Shown: positions 1 through 13,955 of the stretch, one piece after another | Layout: every line of letters starts with the position of its first letter | How positions within the stretch are numbered: position 1 is the first letter of the stretch | Source: Vicugna vicugna | Taxonomy: Eukaryota | Length of the DNA: 64,000 nt | Reading direction: 5' to 3' | Assembly: GCA_013265495.1 (NCBI GenBank) | Contig: MU058444.1 | Span: 1,054,001-1,118,000 of the forward strand | Notes under the pieces: generated by a model | Databases searched by the model: none | What the model was told of the DNA's origin: nothing | The model's input: the letters and a program-made list of their open reading frames with translations, nothing else | Position numbers and translations under genes: made by a program

Positions 1-479
1 AATTATCGAGAGTGTATACTGTTGGTCTATATTCACAAAAGTGTCTCCACACCTTGATTACACAAACACACAAACAGAAATGTGACTTTACAGAGGGTGC
101 AGGTGTTCTTTCATCTCCATCCTTATGTTTTTAACTCTAATTTTTTAAAAATAAAATTTGTTCCTCTCATTCTCGCTCCTACCTACCTATGAGTTGAGTC
201 ATTGAAGATAGTCCAGAGTAGTGGTGTAGTGCCCTCATCCCAAACGGTGAGCCAGAGGCATGAGTTCTTGCCAGCATGGTCCCTCCAGGCAAAGGAAACC
301 ACTCAGAAAATGCTTCTTGAAAAGTTCTACTATGTTCCAGAACCTGTGCAAGACACAGAGGATAAAAATGTGAACAGAACTCAGTCACCCCACTCCGTCA
401 TGCAGCAATGTTCAAGTACCTGGTGATGCCAATAATTCTAGTTACATGAGCTTCTCAGATGTATGAAGAATGATGTTGT

Positions 480-875
480 AGTCGATAGATTGCTTTGGGT
501 AGTATGGCCATTTTGATAATGTGGACTCTTCCAATCCCAGAGCACGAGGTATCTTTCCATTTCTTTGTATCACCTTCAATTTCCTTCATCGATGTTTTAC
601 AGTTTTCAGAGTACAGGTAACCCTCTTGGTCAAGTTTATGCCTAGGTATTTTGTTGTTTTTGATACAATGGAAATGTTTACATCAGTTATAAAATTCTGG
701 TTTTTGAAGTGAAAAAAAGTGAATGAAGGGCCGCAAATGTCAAAATAGCCTTCTTTTTAATGGGTGAGTTGTATTCCATTACATATATGTATGCTGCATC
801 TTCCTTATCCACTCATCTATTGGTGTGCACTTAGGATGCTTCCATATCTTGGCAATTATAAACAATGCTCCTGTT
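480..875 (-). mobile_element. L1 fragments (ORF2-derived, antisense)
   Basis: gattgctttgggtagtatggccatttt...; gtattccatt...cttccttatccactcatct...ttggcaattataaacaatgct are typical antisense L1 motifs. Confidence 0.8.
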
Positions 876-1729
876 AAAAAAGTGATGTTGTAATTATTAA
901 GCTGTAAATGCACTTAAACATTGTACCATAATCAATTGAAATCATAACTTGTATTTTCTTAATAGAAAAGTATGATTTTTCTTAAGTATAATTTCTTTTA
1001 AGTACAACTGCTATTAAATGCCTTTGACCTTCTTTTCCTTACATGTATGTATTTGTACTTGAAATGTCTGGGAAGACCTACCTCATATGCTTATTACTGA
1101 CAAAACATTTTCAATTGGTTCCCCCAACCAATAACACTTCTTCCCTAACTGGGCATCAATGTGTAAAAGGAGGGGCCAATAAGGTAGTTTGAAGTTCAGA
1201 GACATCAGGTCCCAGAATCCTTGGGAGAGTTATAAAAACAGCGGCTAGCAAATGTGACCAGTGCGTGTATCTTTAGAGAGACTGCTGGTCTACATGCCTT
1301 TCTTCCTGATTTGCTCCTTTCTTCTCCTTCTTTTTCCCGTCGTGATTTCACGACCTTGGTTAAACCCATATAATATAATATGAATCAAAGTGCTTTAAAG
1401 TGCTTTCTACTTACTTAAGATGGAGTCTGAAAGAAAAAAAAAATTGACCCTTAAGGCATGAAAGAAAGCTGGGACATGGGAATTCACTGCACTTCTGTTC
1501 CATCTCTGAGCTGTATGATCTTGCAGCGCGACATCAAATCCCAGAAGACTCTCTGCAGCATGAAAGAACTCGTGAAAACAGGATGTGGAGATTACTAACT
1601 TTTTTTCCCCTACTAAAAGTGGCTTTTCTTATTTCAAGTGTAATATATGTGTTTTATAAAAGTGATAGAATTTTAATTTTGAAATACAGACGAAGTAAAA
1701 CAAGGAAGAATTGGCAAAATCTAATAATT

Positions 1730-1925
1730 ATTATAACTGATGCTTACTGAGTATTCCCATTAGCTGCCCGGCATCGTTCTGTTTCCTGGATTTTCTCACT
1801 TAGCTTTTACAACTTTCTGTGAGGTCAGTACCATTTTTATCCCAGTGTTACAGACAGGACTTAAGAGAGGTTTAAGTGACTAGCCAAGGTTATACCCTAG
1901 TGGTAAGTGGTGCATATTCACTCAG
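1730..1925 (-). mobile_element. MIR SINE
   Basis: tttttatcccagtgttacagacagg...agagaggtttaagtgactagccaaggtt matches the MIR core, antisense. Confidence 0.75.
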
Positions 1926-4900
1926 TTGGGCAATAATTCTTGACTGTTTACTGGGAGTCAGGCACAGCGATATCAACATGTATATTTCAATTAATTTTTA
2001 TGTTAATTTCATGGGGGTACGAATTAGTGGCCCCACTGGAATTATATCACTGAAATAGGTTGACCGAAGTCACATATTAGAACCTGAATTAGAATCCAGT
2101 TCTGTCCAATGCCAGTTTCTCTCCTCCATCTTTTGCACGTGTGTATATGTGCATGCGTGTGTCTGTGTGCACACACGCGTAAAAACCCATTCTAATATCC
2201 TGTAACATGATTAATGTTTTAAGATCTGGGTTTGAATAGGGAATTCGGTACTGCATAAAAGCTATTCCTGTACAATGTACCTAGCCAGTCACACAGATTT
2301 AAATGTTTGCGCATTAACCGTCCTTGTGCATTCCTGTAGTCATTTTCTGATCCTGTGAAAACCATGTTATTCTGAGGACAATCACTCCATTGTACACATC
2401 TCTAGTTTCCTCATGGTGTGTAGTGCTTGATCCAAAGTAAGCGCTCTTGGCTATTACCTGGTGGAGAGAACGAGGGGGACTGAAAATGAGAAGTCAGTTT
2501 ATATTGCGAACAAGGGAAGGAGAAAGAGGAGAGATGAATGGAACTAAGCAAAATGAAATGGAGATTTAGGAGTGTAGACAAGTCTACGCAAAGCAGATAG
2601 AAATGTCCTGGGACAGAAAGTTCAGAGAAGACCTAGAAAGATGGACATAACAATTAGACTTATCCAAACAGGGAGTCACTTGCCAGGCTGGGAGGCAGGA
2701 AGTCATTTGGGCACTGGTTGGAGTCCGGAAGATGATCCAGTAGGTTAGTTTGTTGACTGCACTGTGGTGCCAACAGACAGCAAGGGAGGAGTCCATTAAC
2801 ACTGAGCAAATGTGAAAGTCATGGTTGGAGTAGTGAGACGATTACGGGCGGGGACAGTGAAAAATAACAAAATCACAGCAGAAAGATCACGCGGACTTAT
2901 AGCATAATGTGAATAATGACGGGACCAGGCAACAATACCCCAAGCAGAATAGGGACAGGAAAAATGAAATTTTCACGTAAGAATTCAAAGGAGGAAGTTA
3001 AATCTGGAGAACAAAGAAGACTTCGTCCCAGTTTTGAAAGAATGTAAGAGCTTTTTAGACAAAAGTTAAATGCTGAAGTTCAGTATGCGGTGCTATGGGA
3101 TCTGGTCCCCCCGGGCTTGGGAATTCAGTTTCGATGCTGTTTTATAGCATCTTTAATTCGAAATGTAGATCGGAAGGGAAGACATCCTGCGCTTCAAAGT
3201 CTGTGACTGTTGAGAATTTGGGGTCATAATACACATCACATCTACTTTTTTCCATTGGAACCACAAGACTTCTTCAGTAAATCACTAGCTATAATGTTGA
3301 TAGACATTATAACTGAACCAAACATTTTTCCAATAATGTGTTGCATTGTTTTGCAGCCATCAGACAAACGGCCCCTGAGATCTCACCTCCATTTCTTTTT
3401 ACTGTTAAGGTCCAGTTCACCTTGCCGTGAGAAGTAGAAACAATTGTCTTAGACAATAAATTCATCTGCCTTCTTAAACCTCTCTAGATTAAGCAGTTCA
3501 GTTTCTTTATCTTTTTTTTTCCCCCTGAGAAGACTTTCTTTAACAATAAAACAGCTGAAGGCTTTTCAAGTCCTCTGCATCCCATTTTAAATTCTGTAGT
3601 ATAAATATAGATATAATCAACTACCGAGGTTTAACTAACAGACCAGAAACTTAAGTCGTTTGTTTTCATAGGCGGTATTTGCACTAATACCTCCAATAAA
3701 ACTCATAATCACAAAGTCAACAACGGAAAAGAATCTGAGGTCCTTAGAGCTTCATTAGTCAAAGTGTAGTTTACAGACCTCCAGCAGTGATTACCTAACC
3801 GAGAAACATCTCGATTTGTCTCAAAATGTATGATACAAATTAAAGAAAAGATGAGCTTATGCATGAATTTAAATGAAATCCATTTAAATGAATGGAAATG
3901 AAATTATAATATCTCATATGAATCAACAAAAAGATGAGTTGTGGGAAATTACAGTATTTCTCCTGAACTGATCTGTTCCAGGATGTGGAGGGAGAAGTAT
4001 GGCAGGAATGACATCAGATTTCTCCATCCCTCGGCATAGCGACTGACGTATAGTAATGTTTTCCACTTAATGTGAATGAATACATGATACTTGGAGACAC
4101 ATAAAAAGAATCCAAACCGCAGTCCATCGTTTTGTATTTTGGCACAAAATGAACGATCCTATGTTAAAACACAGTTATTTCTGCCAACCCAAATAGTACC
4201 TTCGATAAATATATGTTGAAAGAATGAATTATTGAATAAGAATTCAGGCAAAAACTCAAGTGTGGCTCAGTCGTCTGAATGTCATTAGCAAAAAAACATT
4301 TCAAAGACTTCCTTTCTAGTTCTTGGCTGGCCAGCAAGACCAAGGTCCATACCACCTATGAGCCTCTGTACTTTCCCTACTTCAGAACCAACCACTCACT
4401 CCGGATCCCAGCTTCAGCACATACGCCTGGAATGGCACGGAATATACGCCATTTCTGCACAATGGAGGCTGTGAGTCAATGAGAAAGATCAGGGAATTTA
4501 ACATTTTCCATGATCAACCCAGGTAATTGCTATTTCTCCTAACTCCTATGCCCTTGAGCTCTTTTCCATGCCGCTTCCAGACTAATGTCATGCTGAGATG
4601 TGGTATGAGTAAGCACTGGGGGAAAAGACACCATTTTTCTGAAAAACAAGGTCCAATCAATTTCCTGCTTACCCCAGTGATCTACACACATTTCGATAAC
4701 TAATCAAAAATGCATGACATTTAAAAACAGCAATCATTTCTATTTATACTAATGGGCATAGTCTTAGACCTTCTTATTAAGGGTGCTTTTTAATCTCTGA
4801 CCAGCAAAAACTTAAATATTCATTTTTAGTAGTTGAAGATAGTGTAACAAAATTAGACATGGCTGGAGAGACTAATATTCTCTTTGAAGAAGAGAACCAA

Positions 4901-6179
4901 GAACAAATTATCCGTGGAAAAGTATACGGTGGATCATTTTTTTGTTTGTTTTAATGGAGAACAAGAAAGAAAAGGATCTCCCACTTTTACAAGTAAGTGT
5001 TAGGGTTGTTAATTTCTAAACAGATGTCTACTTTGCGTCTTTTCCAATTAGAAATGTATGACCCTAATGTAGAAGGTTCCATTGTTATGAAGTCCTATTT
5101 GAACAACAACAAAATGAATGAAAGAAAAAGAAGAAAAAGCAAAGAACTCAGCCATTCAAAGGAAAAGACTGCCAAGACTTGCAGAATTATGAGGCAGTGA
5201 TTGACGAACTAAAGGCAAGCCAACGTGAGCTGTCTTGACAAGCCTTCCCCGGAATACATCATCTTAGGCGAGTCTCTGTCTTTAATCCTGCATTCTGTTA
5301 TTGTTGCTCTAAATTTAACGACACTGCAGCACATTTTCTGATAGATGTTCCTGACGCACATCAAATTGAACACGTTCAAAATGAGACTCATAATCTCCTC
5401 ACCTCCTCTTTGCTCCTCCTCCTGTGATTAATTTCTCCATCTTTGTTAATTGCCCACCATCTTCCACAGAACAGATGTGTCCTAACCCATTTTCCTGAAC
5501 ACATTTTTGTATATCAAATTTGTTTCCTTTTTTTAAAATTTCAAAGCTCTATTCTGACAGAAACATTTGGCCTCAGCATATAATTAAAAACTTAAAAACA
5601 CCAAGAGATGCTTCAGAGAGCATGCTCTGTTTGTCAATGTGAACTCTACATTCATTTGCATGTGATTCACTTTCAAACCTACTCACTGGGGTATGAATAT
5701 TACATAGTCAAATGGCCAATTAATTAATACAATCTTTACATATTCACTTATTAAAATGCACTGCACAATTCCTATTTCCTTGGGACCTCTCACTGAATCC
5801 ACGGGATGTGAATTTTGAATAGCGGCAGCCGCTCCTGCCGTCACTCTGGTCCAGAGAAGCCAGGTACACATTTAAAGAAAAAAAAAATTTTTTTTTTTAA
5901 TTTCCCTGCAGTGAGAATTTTAAAAAAAAATCTCACTTTCTCTGACATTCTGTCTCAAAGGATGTCACCTTACCTTATTCAGTGTGAGCCCTAAGACTAG
6001 GAAATGTTTGTTGATCACTCATGGACATTGCTGGCAGGTCAAGTTTAACTCAGAAATAAAGATCATGATCTCCAGGGAAAATTTGAAAATAGCCAATGCT
6101 AGAAGTCTCTATTGTTGGATGACATGGATAACTTGTGGATAATTTGATTGTTTCACTCTGTCAAAAAATATATAATTTT

Positions 6180-6390
6180 TAGCCAATATCTACTGTGCAT
6201 TCATGCCTCAAACTCTGTACCAAGGACTTCTACGTTCATGAAAACAACCCTACGAAATAGATGCAAGTGTCTCAATCTTATACGTGCCAAAGCTGAAGCA
6301 CAGAGAGGTTAAGTAACTTGCCCAAGGTTAAAGGATACTGAAGCTGGCATTTGAATTAGGTTTTTCCTCCAAAACACATGATCTTTACTG
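6180..6390 (-). mobile_element. MIR SINE
   Basis: gctgaagcacagagaggttaagtaacttgcccaaggtt, MIR core antisense. Confidence 0.8.
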
Positions 6391-7549
6391 CTATAGAATA
6401 TATTTTTGTTTGAAGAGAATAATTTTAACACAAATGAATTGATGATTTTGAAAAGTAGGCTCTCTTTGTATTCTTTCTTCTTTTCCTTTCAGAAAACAAT
6501 GCTTTACATCCTCCACACTTTTAGCGGGGATTTGGAGAACTGAGTGTCATATGATCCAAGAAAAGTGAGATGCATTTTATAAGGTCAAGGGGGAGGCAAA
6601 GACACATTTTTGAAAATTAATAAATCTATTTTTCAAGAGGGTTAGTGTACAATATTACTAAACTTCATGAATGTCATGATCTTGGACAAGCCTAAAATTA
6701 TAACATCTTGAGGAGATGCAAATGACCCTTCCTTGCACTAATTTACTCAGTGCAACTATATTCAGAGGTATGCAGGGAAATATGATTTAAAATTATTTAG
6801 TAAAGATAATAAGTAGCAGGTCCACTTACATTCATTAAATATAAATGACCATAAAATAGAAACCAACGTGGTTTGTAACAGAGATTGAACTTTTCATAAT
6901 TGTGCTGCCTCTCCCCAGATAGAAAGATTTTCCTTCAGTCTCCAGCTTAGGTGGAAACACATTTAATGTGGTCCATCCCAGTATCAAAAAGGTCATTCTG
7001 TCATTTTCAGTCTTTATCTAAGACACTCTCAGACACTATTTCAGGGATTTATGTGAGCAGAAATGATATAGAGTGGCAGAGGAGAAGTAGGTGCTATGAT
7101 TTACCTGTATTGAATTCTTTTTCCTCTCCAGGGTCAAATAGTCATGATAAATTCTCTAATGTCAAAAATAAAATGAGTCATGCAAATTTCATGTAACCAA
7201 TGAATCACTCAGCAACCATTCCCTGGACATCTTCTATATTCAGAATGGAGGCCCTGACTTTAGAAAATAAAAAGCAAAATATAGATTCTGAAAAATGATG
7301 TGCAATTTCAGGTAAGAGAGACTGAATTAGATGGTGAAAAATACAAACGTTTAAAAGTACTATAGAAAAAGGGGAAGAGAAATGGCTGGATTAATTGAAG
7401 GATCTCTAGTTTTAAAACAAGTCCAGGGTTAAACCAGAAAGCTATCATGTTAATTTGGAGAGAAATCACATCCTACTGTAGCCATCAACCTGCCGCATAA
7501 AATTTTTAATAAGAGTTCTTTAAAATGACAAAAGTCCTGGAAAGTAATG

Positions 7550-8335
7550 TTCCCTTCCACTTCCAAATAGCCAATGAACATATAAAAATATGTTAAGTTT
7601 GACTCACCAAAATATCTAACACACAAAAAAGACAGACAATACCAAGTATTGACAAATACCTGGAGCAACTAAGGACACTCATACTTGCTGGAGAGAATAA
7701 GATTTTGCAGCACAACAGCCTTTTGGAAAACATTTCAGCAATTATGCTGTAATGGTGGTTGTATGCATACTTCAGATAGCAATTTGACTTTTAGATATTT
7801 AACTAAAGAAACCTATACACATGTCCATCAAAAGGCACACACAGGAGTGTTAATAGCAGCCTTGTTTACAATAGTCTTGAATTAGAACCAGTCAAAAAAA
7901 TGCCCATGGATAGTAGGCAAATGGTAATCTAATCATGTATTGGAATATTATACAGCAACAAACATGACAGAACTACAGCTACACAGAAAACATGGATGAT
8001 CTCACAAACACAGTGGTGAATGAAAAGTCAGACACAAAGTAACACATACATTTTGATCCCATTTAAACTAAGATGAAAAGAGGTAAAAATTAGCCTCTGG
8101 TATTCAAGTCAGGATAGGGGTTTCCTTCTGGATACATGTTGGTGGAAAGGAAATGTGAAGAGAGATTTGGGGATTCTGCTCATATTCTATATCTTGGTCT
8201 TACATGAGACCAAGTGTACATTTGTGTACACTTTCTGTACACTTGATCTTGAGGGCGTGTACATTTTGCCTAGTGACGTATTTGTACATTTTTCCACATA
8301 TGCGATACTTTAGTAAAAAGGAAATTAAAAGCAAC
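7550..8335 (+). mobile_element. Old L1 (L1M-type) 3' end
   Basis: atagcagccttgtttacaatagtc...ggaatattatacagca...catggatgatctcacaaacacagtggtgaatgaaaagtcagacacaaag. Confidence 0.75.
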
Positions 8336-9529
8336 AAAAACAATAACAGAAGCAACAACAAAGCCCATTAACCATCAGAAATAATTACACAAATGGACCT
8401 TTTAAAATAAACACACTGGAAATATCTTCTCTTACTCTGTGGCATTATTTTCATACTCTTTTGATGTACCTTGGCTTTAGGGCTGTTTAATTTATCAGAC
8501 TTTCCCTTGATGTTTAATATTTTTGAGGGAATTTGCTTATCTACCCTGAGGTCATAATGATGGGAGACTTATTTTTCCTCTTTTGTATTTAGATCTACAA
8601 TTGACCTGGAATTAACATTTGTGTATGGTGTGATGTAGAAATCAAACTTCATTAATTTCATGTAGATATCAACTTTTACTGAGCACCATTTACAGAAGTC
8701 AGACTCCTCTCATGATGCAGAAGGGCACTTTTTCCATACCTGTCAATTTATATTATGTGTAGGTCAGTTTCTCGACTTTTAAGTCTGTTTTCTTAGTGCC
8801 AACATTGTGCTGTTTTGTTTACTAAAACTTTATAATAAGATATGATAGCTGATAGAGTGTGATCTTTTAAATATGTTCTTCTTCAATATGGTCTTGACTA
8901 ATCTGAGCCCACTGCATGGTCATAGAAATTTTAAAATCAGCTTGTCAGTCTTCGCCAAAAAAAGATGAGATTTTGATTGACAACGACAATGCATTGAATC
9001 TATATAACGATTTTAGAGAAAATTCAGATCCTTGTAATATGCATTCTTCTAGTCCATGAATATGAGTTATCCTTCCATTTATTTGGATGATTTTCAGTAT
9101 TTTTGTAATATTTTATGATTTTTTTTATGTAGAAGTTTATGCATCTCTCATTAAATGTTTCCTAGATATTCAATATTTTTGACACTATTATAAATGGTAT
9201 CAGCTTTTAAAATTGCATTTTCTAAGTGTTTTTTTGTTTGTTTATAGAAACAAACTTGATTTCTCTATGCATGTTGTATATTTTCATACTGATTTTGTAT
9301 ACTTTATAGTGTACTACCAGCAAATGTGATAAAGTCATTTAATAAGATTAATAGTTTACCTGGAGATTCTTCCACGCTCTTATTTACAAAATTATGCTCT
9401 CTACGAGTAATGACAAGTTATGCTACATTCTTTCGAACCTTTATGACTTTTATTTCTTTCTTTACTTTATTGCACTTGCTCCAGCACAATGCTGAATAGA
9501 AACGGCCATCGGGAGAAATCATTTATTCC

Positions 9530-9846
9530 TTTTTTTTCTTACTTTATTTATTTTTTTTCTTTTTCCTTCTTTTTAAAATTTATTTTTAAATTTTTTTCTT
9601 CTTTTTAAAAATGTATTAAATTTTTATTGAGTTATAGTCAGTTTATAACATTGTGTCAATTTCTAGTGTAGAGCACAATTTTTCAGTCGTATATGAACAT
9701 ACATTCATTGTCACATTCTTTTTCACCATGAGCTACCACAAGATCTTGTGTACACTTCCCTGTGCTACACAGTATAATCTTGTTTATCTGTTCTACATAT
9801 GCCTGTCAGTATCTACAAATTTCGAACTCCCAGTCTGTCCCATCCC
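9530..9846 (-). mobile_element. Lineage-specific L1 3'-end fragment with long poly(A)-derived tail
   Basis: T-rich tail, then ttgagttatagtcagtttataacattgtgtcaatttct...; same family as the copies at 20091, 27885, 29074, 46035, 47810 and 63292. Confidence 0.8.
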
Positions 9847-10915
9847 AAACTCACTTCTGATCTTTGGAAAAAAAGACTATGAGAATTAGTAAAATTCTTG
9901 TTGATAGTACTTCTCAGATTAAGAAAGAGATCTTCTATTCCTGGTGTGCTAAGTATTTATTAGTGGGTGCTGAATTTTTTTTTTATATCAAATGTTCTTC
10001 CTCTGTTTGCATCTTAAACCAAACTTATATCCTGAAATAAACCCCTAGTTGGTAGTGATGGATTATTCTTATTACACATATCACTTAATTTGTTTGGTTG
10101 ATGTTCTGTTTAAGGTTTTAGCATTTGTTTTCAAAAGAGCTCCTGAGATCGTGACTTCTCGCTCCTGAAATATTTTTTTCAGGTCTTTTGTATCAAGGTT
10201 TTTGCTATCCTCATAAAAGATTGGGAAGTGTACTCTTTGCTTTAATTCTATAGGATATTTTAAATTTTTTAATTTCTTTCTTTAATATTTGGAAGAATTC
10301 ATCAATGAAGCCATATGGATTTGGAGTTTTCTTTGTGGAAAGTGTTTTTTTTTCAATTATAGATTCGATTTTTAAAATTGATATAAAATTCGACACAAGG
10401 CACCTCAGATTTTCTTTTTCTTTTTGTTATCAATTGTGATGAGCTATATTTTTAAGGAAATTGTCTACTTCACTTAAATTTTTTAATTTAATGACATACA
10501 TTTTTCTCATATCATCCATACTTTATTTAATGTACTTAAGATGTGTAGTAGAGTTCTATTTTTTATTTCTAATATTAATATTTGTGACCTTTTGTTTTCT
10601 ACTCATCTTGCTATGAACTTAATAATTTTACTAGTTTTTACAAAACCTTTTGGCTTTTTGGTTTAAATTCTTGCATACTTCTTATTTAATTCATTATTTC
10701 TATTCTTTATTTCTTTCTAGTTTCTTTCGTCTTAATTTTCTGGGTTTTTTTTTCCCTTAACTTCTTAAAACAAATACTTACCTTATTGATTTTCAGCTTT
10801 TGTTTTCCATTAGCTTTAAGGCTATTCTTATTTTTTAAGTGTATATTTGCTTCATTCTGACAGTTTTTGAAAGTTTGTATTTTAATTTCCATTCAGTTCA
10901 AAATAATTTATATTA

Positions 10916-11076
10916 GGGGAGGGCATAGCGCAAGTGGTAGAGCACGTGCTTAGCACGTAGGAGGTTCTGGGTTCAAGCCCCAGCACCTCCTCCATAAATA
11001 AATAAACCTGATTACCTGCCCCTCCACCAAAATGAAATTATTAAACAATACAACAATAAATAAAATATTTTAAAAA
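10916..11076 (+). mobile_element. tRNA-Ala-derived SINE (vic-1-like)
   Basis: ggggagggcatagcgcaagtggtagagcacgtgcttagcacg...ggttcaagccccagcacctcc (A/B boxes), A-rich tail, TSD aatttatatta at 10905-10915 and 11077-11087. Confidence 0.88.
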
Positions 11077-13165
11077 AATTTATATTATAATTTAGTTTGT
11101 GTCTCATGAGTTATTTAGAAATGCATTCCCTAAAATTCAAACATTTGTGGATTTTTTCCAATATTTTTGTTGAATTTTTCCTTAATTCTACTAAGTTCAG
11201 TTAAGATATCCATTATGACTTCCACATTTTAAAGTTAGCTGAGAGTTGTTTATATCTAAGAATGTGGTCAGTTTTGGTCCAAGTACTATGCAAACTCTGA
11301 AACAATGTGTGTTCTTCAGTTTGGGGTACAATATTCCATATAGATACAGATTAAGATTTATATTATAAATATATAAATATATTAGGTAAAGTTTGCTAAT
11401 TCCATGAATCTGAAATGGATTTTGTTGTCTGTTTTTTTGTTGTTGTTGTTGTCTTATAAAGCTTTATTATAATGTCCCTCTATAATTGCCACTTTGGTTG
11501 CACCATCTTCTGCTTTGTATATTTTTGAGGCTATGATATTGGAACTGAGAAGTCTTCGTAGTGCATTGATCCTTTGATCATTATAAAATTTCCCAATTTA
11601 GCTCTAGTAATTCTTCTTGCCTTAAAACCGTGTTCAAATTTAACATTTTCAATTGCCTTAACATTTTGTCCGAAATTAATTTAGCTCAACAGAAGTCCAG
11701 GGCCGTGGGACAGAGAGGTTGCCTGTGCATGCTAGTTAGTGCAAAAGGGCCAAAGACACGGACTGATCAGATGTCCCTGAAGTGCTCTGGGGCCATGGCA
11801 GAGATCCAGATGCAATTTTGAGAGGCTGAACTGGGGACAAACACTCATAGTAACTCACCTGAAAAGAGTAAAAAGACGTGGGTAACCAGGACTTTGCTGC
11901 CCCACTCCCATCACGAAAGTCCTTTAAGGTCTACCAGATGTAGCCTTTCATAGTACTGCAGATGCTGGGAGCAGGGAAACTTCTTCCTGCCTCATCTTTC
12001 CCCCTAAAGCCCAGGGATACTCCTGTTAAAGTCAGCGCTGCTCTGGTCCCTGGCAGCTCCTGTACACAAGTTTGCTGTCACCTGTGGTTGGGCCCCTCCC
12101 CTGCCATTCACAGGCAGCTGATGTCAAGACTAGCCACGTACTGTCCCCTCTGAGGAATTTCTTTCCGACTTGATTCCTGTGCATTATTATTTCCCTTGCG
12201 TTTCTGTTTTATATCATCCTTCTGTGCAGTTTCTCCTGGCACGTTTGTGCCGGTGTGACGATACCTCTTTCTGGATCCCTTCCCAGACTATTTATTAATT
12301 GTGGTATCTTAATTATTCCCCACACGACCTCACTGGTATCAACACCACAGTGACATGGGAATTCCTGCCGGTGTTAAAATAATGAGCAGGTGCCAATGAG
12401 AACGTATTTGTCAAATCGTAGACGTTTATATTTTCTCGAGGAAACAAAAACTGAAATACATTCCGAACATTCTTGGCTGTGTTTATATAGTAACTTTTTT
12501 TAAAAGTTTGCTTTTTCTTAATATCAGTCAACCTCGGTGGGGGGAGTGTGTGCAGATTTTACTCCACAAATGTGCTTCTTGGCAATGTCCCAGCTGTCAG
12601 TTTGCAGGAAAAGAAAGGGCACCCTTGTGTGCTTGCTCCCTGAGCACACACGGAGAGATTCAGAGATGCCGAGGTGTGGAGGTGGGAGGCGGGAGATTGA
12701 GTCACGAATTATTGGCATATTAGACCAAGAAGAGGAGGAAGCAAAACTAACAAGAAAGGAGGACCAACGCAGGATCGCGGGGTGCATGAAGGTGAGGACA
12801 ACACCAGTAGTCGCCTTGCCTGTGTCTTAAATTCACACACTGAAACGGTTCTGGATGACACCATTCCTGTTTTCAAGGTAGATTCCTTATGGGAGTTAAA
12901 TACAGGCTGTCTTCTCTGTGTATGAAATTGCTTTTTTTGTTGTTGCTTTTCACTTAGAAAAAATCGTTTCATCTCATCTTGACTCATTCGTTTGTATTTA
13001 ACTGAAAATATGTTAGCCATTGTATCCTTCCTTAGAGATTCTTTGGTCAAGAAAACTTCACTTGAAACACATACATTTATTTATACATTATAAAGAACTT
13101 TACAACTAATTTAATGTTAAAACTTTCTCTCTTAACGGACAGGGTAAGCAGTTTCAAGACGTTTC

Positions 13166-13197
13166 ACTGACACCTTGTGGCAAAAGGTGGAACTGCG
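13166..13197 (-). promoter_or_regulatory. Candidate CTCF site with upstream (U) module
   Basis: Minus strand reads cGCAGTTCCaccttttgCCACAAGGTGTCAGt: a GCAGTwCC upstream motif at typical spacing plus a core resembling CCASYAGRKGGCRS. Confidence 0.45.
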
Positions 13198-13639
13198 GTA
13201 TTTTTTAAAGTCTCCTGACGTGTTTATGTGTGTAATAAATAAGAATCAAGAAATTATCTTGCATATCTATATACATAGCCATGTAAATTAAATTTAAAAA
13301 TCAAGAAATTGTATAATTATTCATTGATATATTATCTAAATTACAGTGTCATAGTGTACTGCACACAGTACTTTGATTTCACAAAGAAATAATTTCAATC
13401 ATATATAAAAAAGCATGTGGTTGCTCTCTTCAGCACTGCCACTAATATGTTTGGAACTGCAGTATATTTGAATATTTGTTTTATTATTTTAGCTGTGCAT
13501 GAGTTTTTAAAAAGTCATAAAATGAGCAATTAATATTGTCTTCTTGGAATTTTCATTCTGTGTTTACGATTTTTGTGAAACAGTATTGTTAGTTTAAAAG
13601 TTTTATTTCCCATTTTACAGCCCCTTTTTTCATGGAAAA

Positions 13640-13955
13640 TGATTTTTTTTGAATTGAGGTGAAGTATATATAATTTAAAATGTACCGCTTTAACCATGCC
13701 TAAGTGTACAATCCATTGGCACTAAGTACATTCTCATTGTCGTACATCCATCACCAATATATATCTCTAGAACTTTTTCCATCTTGCAAAACTAAAATTC
13801 TTTACCCTTAAACAGTCACAGCCCATTCTCCCCTCTTCCCAGACCCTGGCAACCACCATTCTACCTTCTGTCTTAAAGGATTTGACTACTGTTAAGTAGT
13901 TCAGATAAGGGGCAATCATTGTCCTTTTGTATCTGGCTTCTTTCACTTAACATCA
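13640..13955 (-). mobile_element. L1MB-like 3' UTR fragment
   Basis: ttgaggtgaagt...cccagaccctggcaaccaccattctaccttctgtc...tctggcttctttcacttaacat. Confidence 0.8.

Larger units (their letters stand above)
8480..11640 (-). mobile_element. Old degenerate L1 (ORF2 region), interrupted by younger inserts
   Basis: Antisense L1 motifs (tagatctacaattgacctggaatta, gcacaatgctgaatagaa, atttggaagaattcatcaatgaagccatatgga); K/N/I-rich minus-strand ORF remnants such as KKTPNPYGFIDEFFQ. Confidence 0.8.

Noticed and set aside
5872..5937. A-run/T-run palindrome and agtgaga...tctcact hairpin
   Set aside because: Low complexity; expected by chance in AT-rich DNA
8213..8290. Cluster of five TGTACA palindromes
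   Set aside because: Inside an old L1 3' UTR; most simply local slippage, with no functional evidence
10916..10990. tRNA-Ala-like sequences (also 30443, 41210, 45412) as real tRNA genes
   Set aside because: Stem mismatches, shared SINE tail, A-rich ends and TSDs show they are SINEs
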